DNA from: Candidatus Omnitrophota bacterium
GTDB lineage: Bacteria > Omnitrophota > Gorgyraeia > Gygaellales > Profunditerraquicolaceae
Direction of reading: 5' to 3'
NCBI GenBank assembly: GCA_030650425.1
Contig: JAUSED010000012.1
Span: 142,107 to 206,106 of the forward strand
Length of the DNA: 64,000 nt
Position numbers and translations under genes: made by a program. Numbering within the stretch: the first letter of the stretch is position 1; every line of letters begins with the position of its first letter. Under the pieces are notes generated by a model, which was not told the DNA's origin, searched no databases, and was given only the letters and a program-made list of their open reading frames with translations. Positions 19,383-28,394 of the stretch are shown here, piece by piece.

Positions 19383-19784
19383 ATGGGAAAAATTAAGTTG
19401 CTTTTATTCATATTGCCAATTTTTATACTAATTAATAATTTTAGAGGAGTAGCTATGGCAAAAGGACCGGATTACAAAGCAGTGATTCAAGAAAAATTTA
19501 AACAGCTCGATTTATCTGATGGCGTTAGCAAAGAAGAGGCGATTATTATTGCTCAGAATTATCTTATTGAGCAAGAATTAGATAAGAAATATGTTTTAAG
19601 AAAACCTGAAGTTGATGAGCGTGATTTCGGTACAGAATGGGTTATAACTTTTAACGCAACATATTGGGAAAGTATAAAACAAGCTAACATTTTTGGTCTC
19701 ACAGGGATAATGAAATGGTGGATTAGCGTGGATATTGATAAAAAAACAGGAAAGATAGAAAGCGTAGGCGGTCCTGATTTATAG
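19383..19784 (+). CDS. Small secreted protein, candidate immunity protein for the Rhs C-terminal toxin
   Basis: Starts 12 nt after the Rhs stop. Signal peptide. 133 aa. Confidence 0.4.
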   Translation: MGKIKLLLFILPIFILINNFRGVAMAKGPDYKAVIQEKFKQLDLSDGVSKEEAIIIAQNYLIEQELDKKYVLRKPEVDERDFGTEWVITFNATYWESIKQANIFGLTGIMKWWISVDIDKKTGKIESVGGPDL

Positions 19785-19807
19785 CAGAGTTTTGCCCACT
19801 TTCCCAC

Positions 19808-19836
19808 TTGACAAAATTCCCACTATATGTTATGCT
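19808..19836 (+). promoter_or_regulatory. Candidate sigma70 promoter: TTGACA, 17-nt spacer, TATGCT. Three CCCACT repeats surround it.
   Basis: Read directly. Lies upstream of the toxin-antitoxin pair. Confidence 0.3.
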
Positions 19837-19862
19837 TTGGTTGGGAAAGGAGGTTAATAGAA

Positions 19863-20204
19863 ATGAAAACTATGAAAATTCCACTTAAAAAGAGAGAAGT
19901 AGTCGAGATAAAGGAAAAGTTTATGCCTGTAGATACACGGCCGCTTGATTCAAAGCACAGGATAACTTTAGGGGGAAGGCTTTATAGGCTGATAATGAGC
20001 AAGATGAAGATCGACTCTTATCAGGTGTTTGTGGGTAAGAGCGGGGATATACTTCTTAGGCCGGCAGTTTCGATTCCCTCAAGCGAAGCCTGGGTTTATA
20101 AAAACCCTGAAGTTATTGGTAAAATCCGCAAGGGATTGCAAGAAGCGGGCGAAGCCAAGACAGAGAAGGTCAGTGATTTAGAAGGCTTTTTGAATGAACT
20201 ATGA
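19863..20204 (+). CDS. AbrB/SpoVT/MazE-like swapped-hairpin antitoxin (start refined to the ATG after the GGAGG SD)
   Basis: SD ggaaaggagg lies 9 nt upstream of ATG 19863. Weak AbrB-like pattern (RITLGGRL…GDILLRP). Its stop overlaps the next gene's start. Confidence 0.4.
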   Translation: MKTMKIPLKKREVVEIKEKFMPVDTRPLDSKHRITLGGRLYRLIMSKMKIDSYQVFVGKSGDILLRPAVSIPSSEAWVYKNPEVIGKIRKGLQEAGEAKTEKVSDLEGFLNEL

Positions 20205-20497
20205 GTTGTTTTTTAAGCTTTACTCCCAGCGCAAAGCAAAGCTTGAAAGAACTAAAAGATTCGGCGCACTTGGAAAAACGCTTTAAAGCAGTCACTAAGG
20301 CGCTGAAATATCTCGTAGAAAATCCGCGCCATCCAAGCCTGCAGACCCATCAGTATTTCTCGTTATTCGGCCCAAGCAGAGAAAAGGTTTTTGAGGCCTA
20401 CGCAGAGCAGGATACGCCCGCTGCTTATAGAATTTTCTTTTATTATGGTTCAAGCCGCGGAGAAATAGTAGTTTTTGCGATTACTCCACATCCCTAA
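20201..20497 (+). CDS. RelE/ParE-superfamily toxin
   Basis: 98 aa. C-terminal YRIFFYY…EIVVFAITPHP pattern typical of RelE/ParE-fold toxins. Coupled by a 4-nt overlap to the upstream small gene. Confidence 0.45.
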   Translation: MSCFLSFTPSAKQSLKELKDSAHLEKRFKAVTKALKYLVENPRHPSLQTHQYFSLFGPSREKVFEAYAEQDTPAAYRIFFYYGSSRGEIVVFAITPHP

Positions 20498-20576
20498 GGG
20501 AGAATAGGAAATTCTCGCCCGCCAATAGATAAGCCTTGACAGAATATATGAATAAATGTAGTATAATGAAATCAAG

Positions 20577-20783
20577 ATGGAAAAATTACTCACTTTATAT
20601 GAATTGGCGGATTATCTTAAGGTAGATAAGTTTACTATCTACCGTATGGTTTATCGGAAACAGCTGCCTGCGATTAAGGTCGCCAACCAGTGGCGCTTTA
20701 AGGAAAAAGATATAGAGCGCTGGCTGGAAAAGAATAAAAATTACACAATCAAAAGAAAGAAGAGGAGGGCGTTTATATGTTAG
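20577..20783 (+). CDS. Excisionase-type (HTH_17/MerR-like) DNA-binding protein, partner of Fic
   Basis: YELADYLKVDKFTIYRMVYRKQLPAIKVANQWRF motif. Overlaps the fic start. Confidence 0.55.
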   Translation: MEKLLTLYELADYLKVDKFTIYRMVYRKQLPAIKVANQWRFKEKDIERWLEKNKNYTIKRKKRRAFIC

Positions 20784-21511
20784 AGATACTTTCAGAGATA
20801 GACAGGCTTCAAGAAGAAATTAATTCTTTTAGGCCGCTAGCGCCAAACACGCTAAAGCAGTTAAAAGAATATTATCGAGTGGGTTTGACTTATAGCTCTA
20901 ACGCCTTAGAAGGTAACTCTCTTACCGAAACTGAGACAAAGGTAGTTTTAGAGGATGGAATAACCATAGGAGGAAAGCCGATTAAAGATTACTACGAGGC
21001 ATTGGGGCATAGCGAGGCTTATGATTATATCTATAAGTTATCCAAAGAGAGAGGGTTCACAGAAAACGACATTAAGAAACTGCATAAACTATTTTACCAT
21101 AGAATTGACGAGGCGCGCTCGGGCAGATACAGAAAAGAAAAAGTTTTAATCTCCGGCTCAAAATATCCTTTGCCGGGCCCTGAAAAAGTTCCCGAACTTA
21201 TGGAAGGATTTATCAAAAAGATGGAAGGTTCGGCGAAGAAAAACCACCCGGTTGTGTATTCAGCCCTTGCTCATAAAGAACTTGTTTTTATACATCCTTT
21301 CGTGGATGGTAACGGCAGGGTTGCAAGGCTCTTAATGAATCTGATCTTGCTGCAAAATGGCTATTGTATAGCGCTAATCCCGCCTATACTACGAAGGGAC
21401 TATATCAACGCATTAGAGAAGGCGCATACAGATGATAAGGAGTTTAGCGAGTTTATTTCAAGAGCGGTAAGGGAAACGCAGAAAGATTACCTGAGGCTTT
21501 TAAGGGGATAA
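20777..21511 (+). CDS. fic: Fic/Doc family protein (AMPylase-type)
   Basis: Canonical Fic motif HPFVDGNGRVARLL. Confidence 0.85.
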   Translation: MLEILSEIDRLQEEINSFRPLAPNTLKQLKEYYRVGLTYSSNALEGNSLTETETKVVLEDGITIGGKPIKDYYEALGHSEAYDYIYKLSKERGFTENDIKKLHKLFYHRIDEARSGRYRKEKVLISGSKYPLPGPEKVPELMEGFIKKMEGSAKKNHPVVYSALAHKELVFIHPFVDGNGRVARLLMNLILLQNGYCIALIPPILRRDYINALEKAHTDDKEFSEFISRAVRETQKDYLRLLRG

Positions 21512-21527
21512 AAATAGAACCGTCCCC
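21508..21527. repeat. AAAAATAGAACCGTCCCC motif copy at the fic 3' end, with a short hairpin (agaacc…ggttct)
   Basis: The same 18-mer occurs at 8348-8366 and twice, inverted, at 40327-40391. Confidence 0.4.
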
Positions 21528-21698
21528 AGGTTCTTCTGAGGTGTTTCTGGTAGGGCTAAAGGCCTAGAATAATATAGGTCTTTTTATTTTTAGGGAAAAG
21601 GACTTTCGGCCCTTGTGGGTAGGCTTAAAATCACTATAATGATTGAAAAAAACTAACAATTCGCCCGCCAGTAAATCCTTGGCCGGCTCACTAAAAAT

Positions 21699-22346
21699 AT
21701 GAAGTGGTTTATTTCCCACGAGACAATCAGGTCGCCCTTTCTAAAGACTTTGGAAAAAGATTGCGGCGAAAAGATCAGCCATTGTTATCAATGCGGCAAA
21801 TGTTCCGCGGGCTGTCCTATCTCTTATCAGATGGACTACCTGCCGAATCAAATTATCCGGATGGTCCAGTTGGGGATGGAGGAGCAGGTTTTATCCAGTA
21901 AAACCATCTGGCTCTGCGCCTCTTGCCTTACTTGCACCTCCAGATGCCCCCGTCAGATCAATGTTGCTGAAATTATGGATTATCTGCGCAGGCGCGCTTA
22001 TACCAAGCATATGACCCCGCCGGGAGAAATCGAGGTCCCTCTCTTTAATAAGATTTTTTTAAGGAACATAGAATTACACGGAAGGCTTTTTGAATTAGGG
22101 CTTATCGGTATGTTTAATCTCTTAAGCGGAAAATTTTTTAAAGACGTGGCTTTGGCGCCAAGGATGTTCCTCAAGCGTAAAATCGGCTTGTTCCCGCACA
22201 AAATTAATAATTCAAAAGAGGTCAAGGAAATTTTTAAGAAATCCGGTAAATTAGGGAGAGCCAGAAGAGATAAATTATGGCAGCCTAAGCTTTTATTTTT
22301 GAATTTATCCAGAAAACTTATCGAGCGAATAGAGAGACTAAAATGA
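21699..22346 (+). CDS. hdrC: Heterodisulfide reductase subunit C-like protein (two 4Fe-4S clusters)
   Basis: Two CxxCxxCxxxCP motifs (CYQCGKCSAGCP, CASCLTCTSRCP). Confidence 0.6.
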   Translation: MKWFISHETIRSPFLKTLEKDCGEKISHCYQCGKCSAGCPISYQMDYLPNQIIRMVQLGMEEQVLSSKTIWLCASCLTCTSRCPRQINVAEIMDYLRRRAYTKHMTPPGEIEVPLFNKIFLRNIELHGRLFELGLIGMFNLLSGKFFKDVALAPRMFLKRKIGLFPHKINNSKEVKEIFKKSGKLGRARRDKLWQPKLLFLNLSRKLIERIERLK

Positions 22347-22398
22347 ACATTTCGATTACACTCAGTGTTCATGGTGAGCGAGCGAAGCGAGTCGAACC

Positions 22399-23280
22399 AT
22401 GAAATACGCCTATTATCCCGGTTGTTCTTTGCATTCAACCGCCAAAGAATATGACCTTTCCACAAGAGAGGTAGCTAAAGCGCTGGGTATCGAACTTATT
22501 GAGATCCCCGATTGGATCTGCTGCGGAGCAACACCCGCGCATATCACCATGCACCTCTTGTCGCTTGCCCTACCGGTTAAAAATATCATTAAAGCCCGGG
22601 CAATGGGTTCTTATGAGATAGTTACCTGCTGCGCCGCTTGTTTTAGCCGCTTAAAGACCGCCAATTATTTTATGCGGACTGATGATGAGCACCGGCAAAA
22701 GGTTGAGCAAATAGTGGGCGAGCCGTATAAAGGCGAAGTTAAGGTGAGGCATTTTCTGGATGTGCTGGTAAATGATTTTGGCTTAAAAAACCTAAAAGGA
22801 AATTTGGTGAAGGAGCTGAAGGGTTTGAAAGTCGCTTGTTATTATGGTTGCCTGCTTACCCGTCCTCCGGAAATTACCGAGTTAGATGATTTAGAAGATC
22901 CGCATTTAATCGATGACCTTATGCGCACGATCGGCGTAGAACCTGTGCAATGGCCTTATAAAACCGAATGCTGCGGAGCAAGTTTTTCTCTGACTAAAAC
23001 TGATATTGTCTTAAAGCTTTCTTGCGATATATTGCAAATGGCCTATGACGAAGGCGCTCAGGCGATTGTGGTTGCCTGTCCGCTCTGCCAGTCGAATCTT
23101 GACCTTAGGCAGTCAACAATTAATAAAAAATACAAAAAAGATTTTAATCTGCCTATTTTTTATTTTACGCAATTAATAGGGCTCGCCTTAGGCATTGATG
23201 GTAAAAAGTTAGGATTAGATAAACATATTGTTCCTCCTGCAGCGTTATTAGGAGAGAAAGATAAGTTAGCTAAAATATGA
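22399..23280 (+). CDS. hdrB: Heterodisulfide reductase subunit B-like protein (CCG domains)
   Basis: MKYAYYPGCS N-terminus and two CCG-domain motifs (WICCGATP, CCGASFS). Confidence 0.75.
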   Translation: MKYAYYPGCSLHSTAKEYDLSTREVAKALGIELIEIPDWICCGATPAHITMHLLSLALPVKNIIKARAMGSYEIVTCCAACFSRLKTANYFMRTDDEHRQKVEQIVGEPYKGEVKVRHFLDVLVNDFGLKNLKGNLVKELKGLKVACYYGCLLTRPPEITELDDLEDPHLIDDLMRTIGVEPVQWPYKTECCGASFSLTKTDIVLKLSCDILQMAYDEGAQAIVVACPLCQSNLDLRQSTINKKYKKDFNLPIFYFTQLIGLALGIDGKKLGLDKHIVPPAALLGEKDKLAKI

Positions 23281-25241
23281 AAATCGGTGTTTTTGTCTGT
23301 CACTGTGGAACAAATATCGCCGCTACCGTGGATGTAGAAAAGGCGGCCAAGGCCGCCTTAAATTTGGCGAAGGTAAAATTTTCCACTACTTATAAATATA
23401 TGTGTTCTTCACCCGGGCAGGCTTTAATTAAAGACGCGATCAAAGAAAAAGGATTGGACAGGATTGTAGTTTGCGCCTGCAGCCCCAGCCTTCACGAAAA
23501 AACATTCAGAGAATGCTTGAAAGAAAGCGGGATAAATCCTTATTTATTAGAGATTGCCAATATCCGCGAGCATTGTTCTTGGGTCCATCGGGATAGAGAG
23601 ACTGCCACGCGGAAGGCGATTGAAATTATGAAGCTTGCCGTAACTAAAGTTACGCATAATCGGCCCCTTGAGAAAACCCATATGCCGATAGAAAAGAGAG
23701 TTTTGGTGATCGGAGGCGGGATTTCAGGTATCCAGTCAGCCATCGATATTTCTTTCGCTAAATTCCCTGTGGTGATTGTGGAGAGAGAGGCCTCAATCGG
23801 CGGGAGAATGGCAAGGTTTGATAAGACCTTTCCTACCTTAGATTGCGCGGCTTGTATTTTAACGCCTAAGATGGTCACGGTCGCTCAGAATAAATATGTA
23901 ACATTGCATACTTATGCTGAAATAGAAGAGGTTACCGGCCATGTGGGTGATTTTAAGGTTAAGATTAGAAAAAAGGCACGCTTTGTAGATACGTCTAAAT
24001 GTACCGGCTGCGGCGCCTGTTGGAATAAATGTCCGGCAAAAGTAGCTTCTGAATTTGACTTAGGTTTATGCAAAAGAACCGCCATCTATACCCCCTTTCC
24101 TCAAGCTGTCCCCAATATACCGGTGATCGACCGCGAAAACTGCCTTTATCTTAAATCCAAGAAATGCGGCCTCTGCCAAAAAGTTTGCCCTTTTGGGGCG
24201 ATAAACTACCAGATGCAAGATGAAATCATTGAAGAGAAATTCGGGGCGATTATCGTGGCTACCGGTTTTACGCAATTTGACCATTCTGTCTATGGCGAGT
24301 ACGGTTACGGAAAATATAGAGATGTGATTACCGGTTTGCATTTTGAACGCATGGCAAATTCTTCCGGCCCCACCGGGGGTAAGATTATCCGGCCATCTGA
24401 TGGTAAGGTTGCGCGGGATGTAGTTTTTATCCAGTGCGTAGGCTCGCGTGATGAACAAAAGGGCGTATCTTATTGTTCAAGGCTCTGCTGTATGTATACG
24501 GCAAAACACGCATTGCTGCTTAAAGAACATAATCCGGACTCCCAAGCCTATGTCTTTTATATTGATATCCGGGCAGCGGGTAAAAATTACGAAGAGTTTG
24601 TGAAAAAAGTACAGAATGAATACGGAGCGGTTTATTTAAGAGGGAGGGTTTCCCGGATTTTTGAAAAGGGAGGAAAGCTCATTGTCAGAGGCGCGGATAC
24701 TTTAAGCGGCGCTCAAATTGAAATCAAGGCGGATCTGGTGGTTTTGGCTGTGGGTTTAATCGCCCAGAACGATGCGGCAAAACTCGCCCAGATGCTGCAT
24801 ATACCTTATGATCAGAACAATTTATTTACCGAAGCGCATCCTAAGTTGGCGCCGGTAGAGACGATCACTAGCGGCGTATTCTTAACCGGAGCCTGCCAAT
24901 CGCCCAAGGATATCCCCGATACGGTTGCCACAGCCTCAGCTGCTTCAGTCAAGGCGTTAGGGCTTTTAGTACAGGATCAATTGGAAAAAGAGCCATTAGT
25001 GGCCCGGGTAGATAAAAATCTCTGTTCCGGTTGTCAGGCCTGCATTAAAGCCTGTTCTTTTAATGCCATCGAAACAAAAGAAGTAGAAGATAGGGCGCTT
25101 AAAAGGAAGAGAACTGTGGCTGAGGTGATTGAGGGTGTATGTTCTGGTTGCGGCAATTGCACAGCAGTATGCCGTATGTCCGCGATAGATTTGGAAGGAT
25201 TTTCTAACCGGCAGATTATGGAAGAGATAGAGGTTTTATGA
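23277..25241 (+). CDS. hdrA: Heterodisulfide reductase subunit A-like FAD/FeS flavoprotein
   Basis: FAD-binding motif VLVIGGGISG and several ferredoxin-type Cys clusters. 654 aa. Confidence 0.75.
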   Translation: MKIGVFVCHCGTNIAATVDVEKAAKAALNLAKVKFSTTYKYMCSSPGQALIKDAIKEKGLDRIVVCACSPSLHEKTFRECLKESGINPYLLEIANIREHCSWVHRDRETATRKAIEIMKLAVTKVTHNRPLEKTHMPIEKRVLVIGGGISGIQSAIDISFAKFPVVIVEREASIGGRMARFDKTFPTLDCAACILTPKMVTVAQNKYVTLHTYAEIEEVTGHVGDFKVKIRKKARFVDTSKCTGCGACWNKCPAKVASEFDLGLCKRTAIYTPFPQAVPNIPVIDRENCLYLKSKKCGLCQKVCPFGAINYQMQDEIIEEKFGAIIVATGFTQFDHSVYGEYGYGKYRDVITGLHFERMANSSGPTGGKIIRPSDGKVARDVVFIQCVGSRDEQKGVSYCSRLCCMYTAKHALLLKEHNPDSQAYVFYIDIRAAGKNYEEFVKKVQNEYGAVYLRGRVSRIFEKGGKLIVRGADTLSGAQIEIKADLVVLAVGLIAQNDAAKLAQMLHIPYDQNNLFTEAHPKLAPVETITSGVFLTGACQSPKDIPDTVATASAASVKALGLLVQDQLEKEPLVARVDKNLCSGCQACIKACSFNAIETKEVEDRALKRKRTVAEVIEGVCSGCGNCTAVCRMSAIDLEGFSNRQIMEEIEVL

Positions 25242-25663
25242 CAGGGGACAGAAGTGAGTGGGAGCCGAAAATAGTGGGATTCTTGTGCAATTGGTGCAGT
25301 TATGCCGGAGCGGATTTGGCCGGGCAATCACGCTTGGAATATCCGCCAAATGTAAAGATTATCCGGGTGCCTTGTTCAGGGAGGGTAAATCCTCTTTTTG
25401 TTTTGAAGTGCCTGTCCAGCGGCGTAGATGGGGTACTGATTTCAGGTTGCCATACCGGTGATTGCCATTATTCCGAGGGAAATTTTCACGCGCGCAGAAG
25501 ATTCACTATATTAAGGAAACTTTTTGAATATTTAGGCATAGATCCCAAGAGGTTTCAGATGGCCTGGGTTTCTGCTTCTGAGGCGGATAAATGGGCAAAA
25601 TTAGTTAAAGGGTTGGTGGAAGAGATTAGACAGGCAGGGCCGAATAAGCTGGGGCATAGGTAA
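25238..25663 (+). CDS. mvhD: MvhD/FlxD-type hydrogenase delta-subunit-like [2Fe-2S] protein
   Basis: KIVGFLCNWCSYAGADLAG…IRVPCSGRV…SGCHTGDCHY. Confidence 0.8.
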   Translation: MTGDRSEWEPKIVGFLCNWCSYAGADLAGQSRLEYPPNVKIIRVPCSGRVNPLFVLKCLSSGVDGVLISGCHTGDCHYSEGNFHARRRFTILRKLFEYLGIDPKRFQMAWVSASEADKWAKLVKGLVEEIRQAGPNKLGHR

Positions 25664-25664
25664 A

Positions 25665-26549
25665 ATGAGCGAAGAATTAAAAAACAAGGCCAAAGAATTA
25701 TTAACCAATAAAAAAGTAGATTTGATTATCGGCTATCAAAGGGCAGCGGACGGAGTTTTAGCCGCGCCTTGTTTTATCGATAGCCAAGATGACGCGGAGA
25801 AACTGATCTGGGATTCCTACTGCGTATATAATCTGGCTAGTTATTTAAAGGATTTCCCCGCGAAAAGAAAAGGGATAGTTGTAAAGGTCTGCGATCTAAA
25901 GTCAATCACCGTCCTGCTTCAGGAGAATCAAGTGAAGCGGGAGGAGCTGTTGATCATCGCTGCTTCCTGTCCGGGTGTAATCGATGAAAAAAGATTAAAC
26001 CCGCTTGATCAGCAGGCCCAAGAGATCGTCTTTGCGGGAAAATGTAAAACCTGTAAAACCATAACACCCGCCTATTATGATATCTTGATCAACGAACCGC
26101 AAAAAAATGACAAGCTATCTGAAATCGGGCAGGATGAATATGAGCCTGTGCGTAAATTAGAAGCAAAGTCTATAGAGGAGAGGTTTAAATTCTGGGAGAG
26201 TGAATTCTCCCGCTGCATCCGTTGTTATGCCTGCCGGCAGATCTGTCCTTTATGTTACTGTCCGAAGTGCGTGGCAGAGCAGATTACGCCGGGTTATTTC
26301 TCAAAAGGCGTTAATTTAGAAGGGAATCTCTCCTGGAATATTACGCGGGCGATGCATCTGGCCGGCAGGTGCATTGATTGCGGGGAGTGCGAAAGGGCCT
26401 GTCCCGTAGGTATTCCATTAAGAGATATCAATAAAAAAATAGAAAAAGAGATCAAGGAATTATTTAAATATGAAGCCGGCTTAAGCGTAGAGCAAAAGCC
26501 TCTCTTAAGTTGTTTTGATAAAAGCGACCCGGAAGATTTTATTAAATAG
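25665..26549 (+). CDS. Iron-sulfur protein (FlxC-like)
   Basis: Cys clusters CIRCYACRQICPLCYCPKC and CIDCGECERACP. Sits directly downstream of mvhD. Confidence 0.5.
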   Translation: MSEELKNKAKELLTNKKVDLIIGYQRAADGVLAAPCFIDSQDDAEKLIWDSYCVYNLASYLKDFPAKRKGIVVKVCDLKSITVLLQENQVKREELLIIAASCPGVIDEKRLNPLDQQAQEIVFAGKCKTCKTITPAYYDILINEPQKNDKLSEIGQDEYEPVRKLEAKSIEERFKFWESEFSRCIRCYACRQICPLCYCPKCVAEQITPGYFSKGVNLEGNLSWNITRAMHLAGRCIDCGECERACPVGIPLRDINKKIEKEIKELFKYEAGLSVEQKPLLSCFDKSDPEDFIK

Positions 26550-26556
26550 AAAAATT

Positions 26557-27546
26557 ATGTTAAGAATAGCGCAAAAAGAAGAGTTGCAGAAGATGATCGA
26601 CGGGTTCCTGGCTGATTACGAGGTTATCGGCCCGCGGGAATTACCGGGTAAGGGTATATTCTACCAGCCAATCACTAATGCCCAAGATTTATATTTAGGC
26701 GAAAGGTTCGCCATTGAACCGGTAAAAAAATTCTTCTTCAGGCCGTCAGAGTATCTTTTTGAAGGAGGTTTAAAAGAGGGAAGCGAATTTTTAGAAGGCA
26801 TTCCTTTAGCCCAAAATAAACGGATGATTATCGGAGTACGGCCTTGCGAAGCAAGAGGCCTGGCTTTATTAGATAAGATATTTAATACGGAATATAAAGA
26901 TGAGGCGTATGTCAGCCTGCGGGAAAAAACTATTTTAGTCGGTTTGAGTTGTCAGGCTCCGGGAAAAGATTGTTTTTGTACCTCAATCGGAGGCTCGCCA
27001 GTCCAGGCCCGGGGTATGGATGCGCTTATTTTCTCAGCCGGCAGTAAATACGTCATAGAAATAATTACCGATAAAGGAAAAGATATTTTTGACACTTGCC
27101 CAAAAGAGCCGGATAAAGAAGAAATAAAGGCTTGGGAATCTCTTAAGGAAAAAAGCAATGCGGCGTTGCGCAAAAAAATTAAAATTCCTGAAAGCCTGGA
27201 TAATATTTTTGAAAGCGGTTATTGGGGTAAGGTTTCTTCCGCCTGCATCAGCTGCGGAGTCTGCACTTATCTTTGCCCTACCTGTCATTGTTTTGACTTA
27301 GTGGACGAAGAACGTAAGAAGCTGCGTTGTTATGATGGCTGCGCGTTTAGCGATTTTACCTTGGAGGCTTCCGGAGGAAATCCCCGGCCGACAAAAATGG
27401 AGCGTTACCGGCAAAGGGTTTTCCATAAATTTGATTATTTCAAAAAGAATTTTGGTGAACACCTTTGCGTTGGCTGTGGAAGATGTATCAGGCATTGTCC
27501 GGTGAAGATGAATATAGCGGAGATTGTTGATCAAGCGCCTGTTTAA
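26557..27546 (+). CDS. AsrA / sulfhydrogenase beta (HydB)-like FeS subunit (FlxB-like). The start is uncertain; the alternative is 26515.
   Basis: Cys clusters CISCGVCTYLCPTCHC and CVGCGRCIRHCP. AsrA-like N-terminus. Confidence 0.55.
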   Translation: MLRIAQKEELQKMIDGFLADYEVIGPRELPGKGIFYQPITNAQDLYLGERFAIEPVKKFFFRPSEYLFEGGLKEGSEFLEGIPLAQNKRMIIGVRPCEARGLALLDKIFNTEYKDEAYVSLREKTILVGLSCQAPGKDCFCTSIGGSPVQARGMDALIFSAGSKYVIEIITDKGKDIFDTCPKEPDKEEIKAWESLKEKSNAALRKKIKIPESLDNIFESGYWGKVSSACISCGVCTYLCPTCHCFDLVDEERKKLRCYDGCAFSDFTLEASGGNPRPTKMERYRQRVFHKFDYFKKNFGEHLCVGCGRCIRHCPVKMNIAEIVDQAPV

Positions 27547-27554
27547 GAGGAGAG

Positions 27555-28382
27555 ATGAATAGCCTATATTTACCACATTTAGCCCAAATTACCGGGATCA
27601 AACAAGAAACGCAGGATATCAAAACTTTCAAATTGGCTCTCTTGGATTTGTCCGCAGGAAGTTTTTTTAATTATAGGCCGGGGCAGTTTGTGGAATTTTC
27701 TGTAATTGGCGAAGGGGAAGCCCCATTTTGCCTCTCTAATTCTCCTACGCGCATGCCTAAAGGCAGCATTGAATGCAGCGTAAAGAAAATAGGTAAGCTT
27801 ACTCAGGCGCTGCATGATTTAGATATCGGCGATAGAGTGGGAATAAGGGGGCCATATGGAAATGGATTTCCTGTTGAGCAATTGAAGAATAAGAACCTTT
27901 TGTTTATAGCAGGAGGAATTGGCTTGGCACCGCTCAGGTCTTTAATAAATTATTGTCTGGATAAGAGAACTGAGTTTAAGGGTATCACTATTCTAAACGG
28001 AGCAAGAACACCTAAGGATTTAGTTTATCAGGATGAATATGAGCATTGGCGAAAAGCCAAAGATACTCAGCTGCATCTGACCGTTGATTGTCAGGAAGAA
28101 AACTGGGCCTGTATGGTGGGAGTGGTGCCAAAGATTTTAGAGACATTGGCGCCAACCTGTGAGGATAGTGTGGCGATACTCTGCGGCCCGCCAGTAATGA
28201 TTAAATACACCTTACCTGTCCTGCTGAAATTGGGATTTTGCGAGACAGCCATAATTACTACGATGGAAATGAAGATGAAATGCGGGCTGGGTAAATGCGG
28301 AAGGTGCAATATTGGCCCTCTTTATATCTGTAAGGATGGCCCTGTATTTAACTACGCTCAAGTAAAAAATTTTATTCACTAA
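27555..28382 (+). CDS. FAD/NAD(P)-binding oxidoreductase with a C-terminal 2Fe-2S (PyrK/HydG/AsrB/FlxA-like)
   Basis: RPGQF…FS, GPYG, and a CGLGKCGRC C-terminal cluster. Confidence 0.6.
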   Translation: MNSLYLPHLAQITGIKQETQDIKTFKLALLDLSAGSFFNYRPGQFVEFSVIGEGEAPFCLSNSPTRMPKGSIECSVKKIGKLTQALHDLDIGDRVGIRGPYGNGFPVEQLKNKNLLFIAGGIGLAPLRSLINYCLDKRTEFKGITILNGARTPKDLVYQDEYEHWRKAKDTQLHLTVDCQEENWACMVGVVPKILETLAPTCEDSVAILCGPPVMIKYTLPVLLKLGFCETAIITTMEMKMKCGLGKCGRCNIGPLYICKDGPVFNYAQVKNFIH

Positions 28383-28394
28383 AGGGAGGTAAAA

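Noticed and set aside
20536-20567. TTGACA … TATAAT upstream of the HTH-Fic pair, considered as a sigma70 promoter
   Set aside because: The spacer is 20 nt, too long for a canonical promoter. It may still be functional but is not reported as a feature.
21704-22465. 65-aa alternative-frame ORF and 155-aa minus-strand ORF over hdrC and the hdrB start
   Set aside because: Both overlap Cys-cluster coding sequence of hdrC and hdrB. They have no RBS and no motif.
25258-25461. 67-aa alternate-frame ORF within mvhD
   Set aside because: The overlapping frame of a strongly supported MvhD gene explains it.
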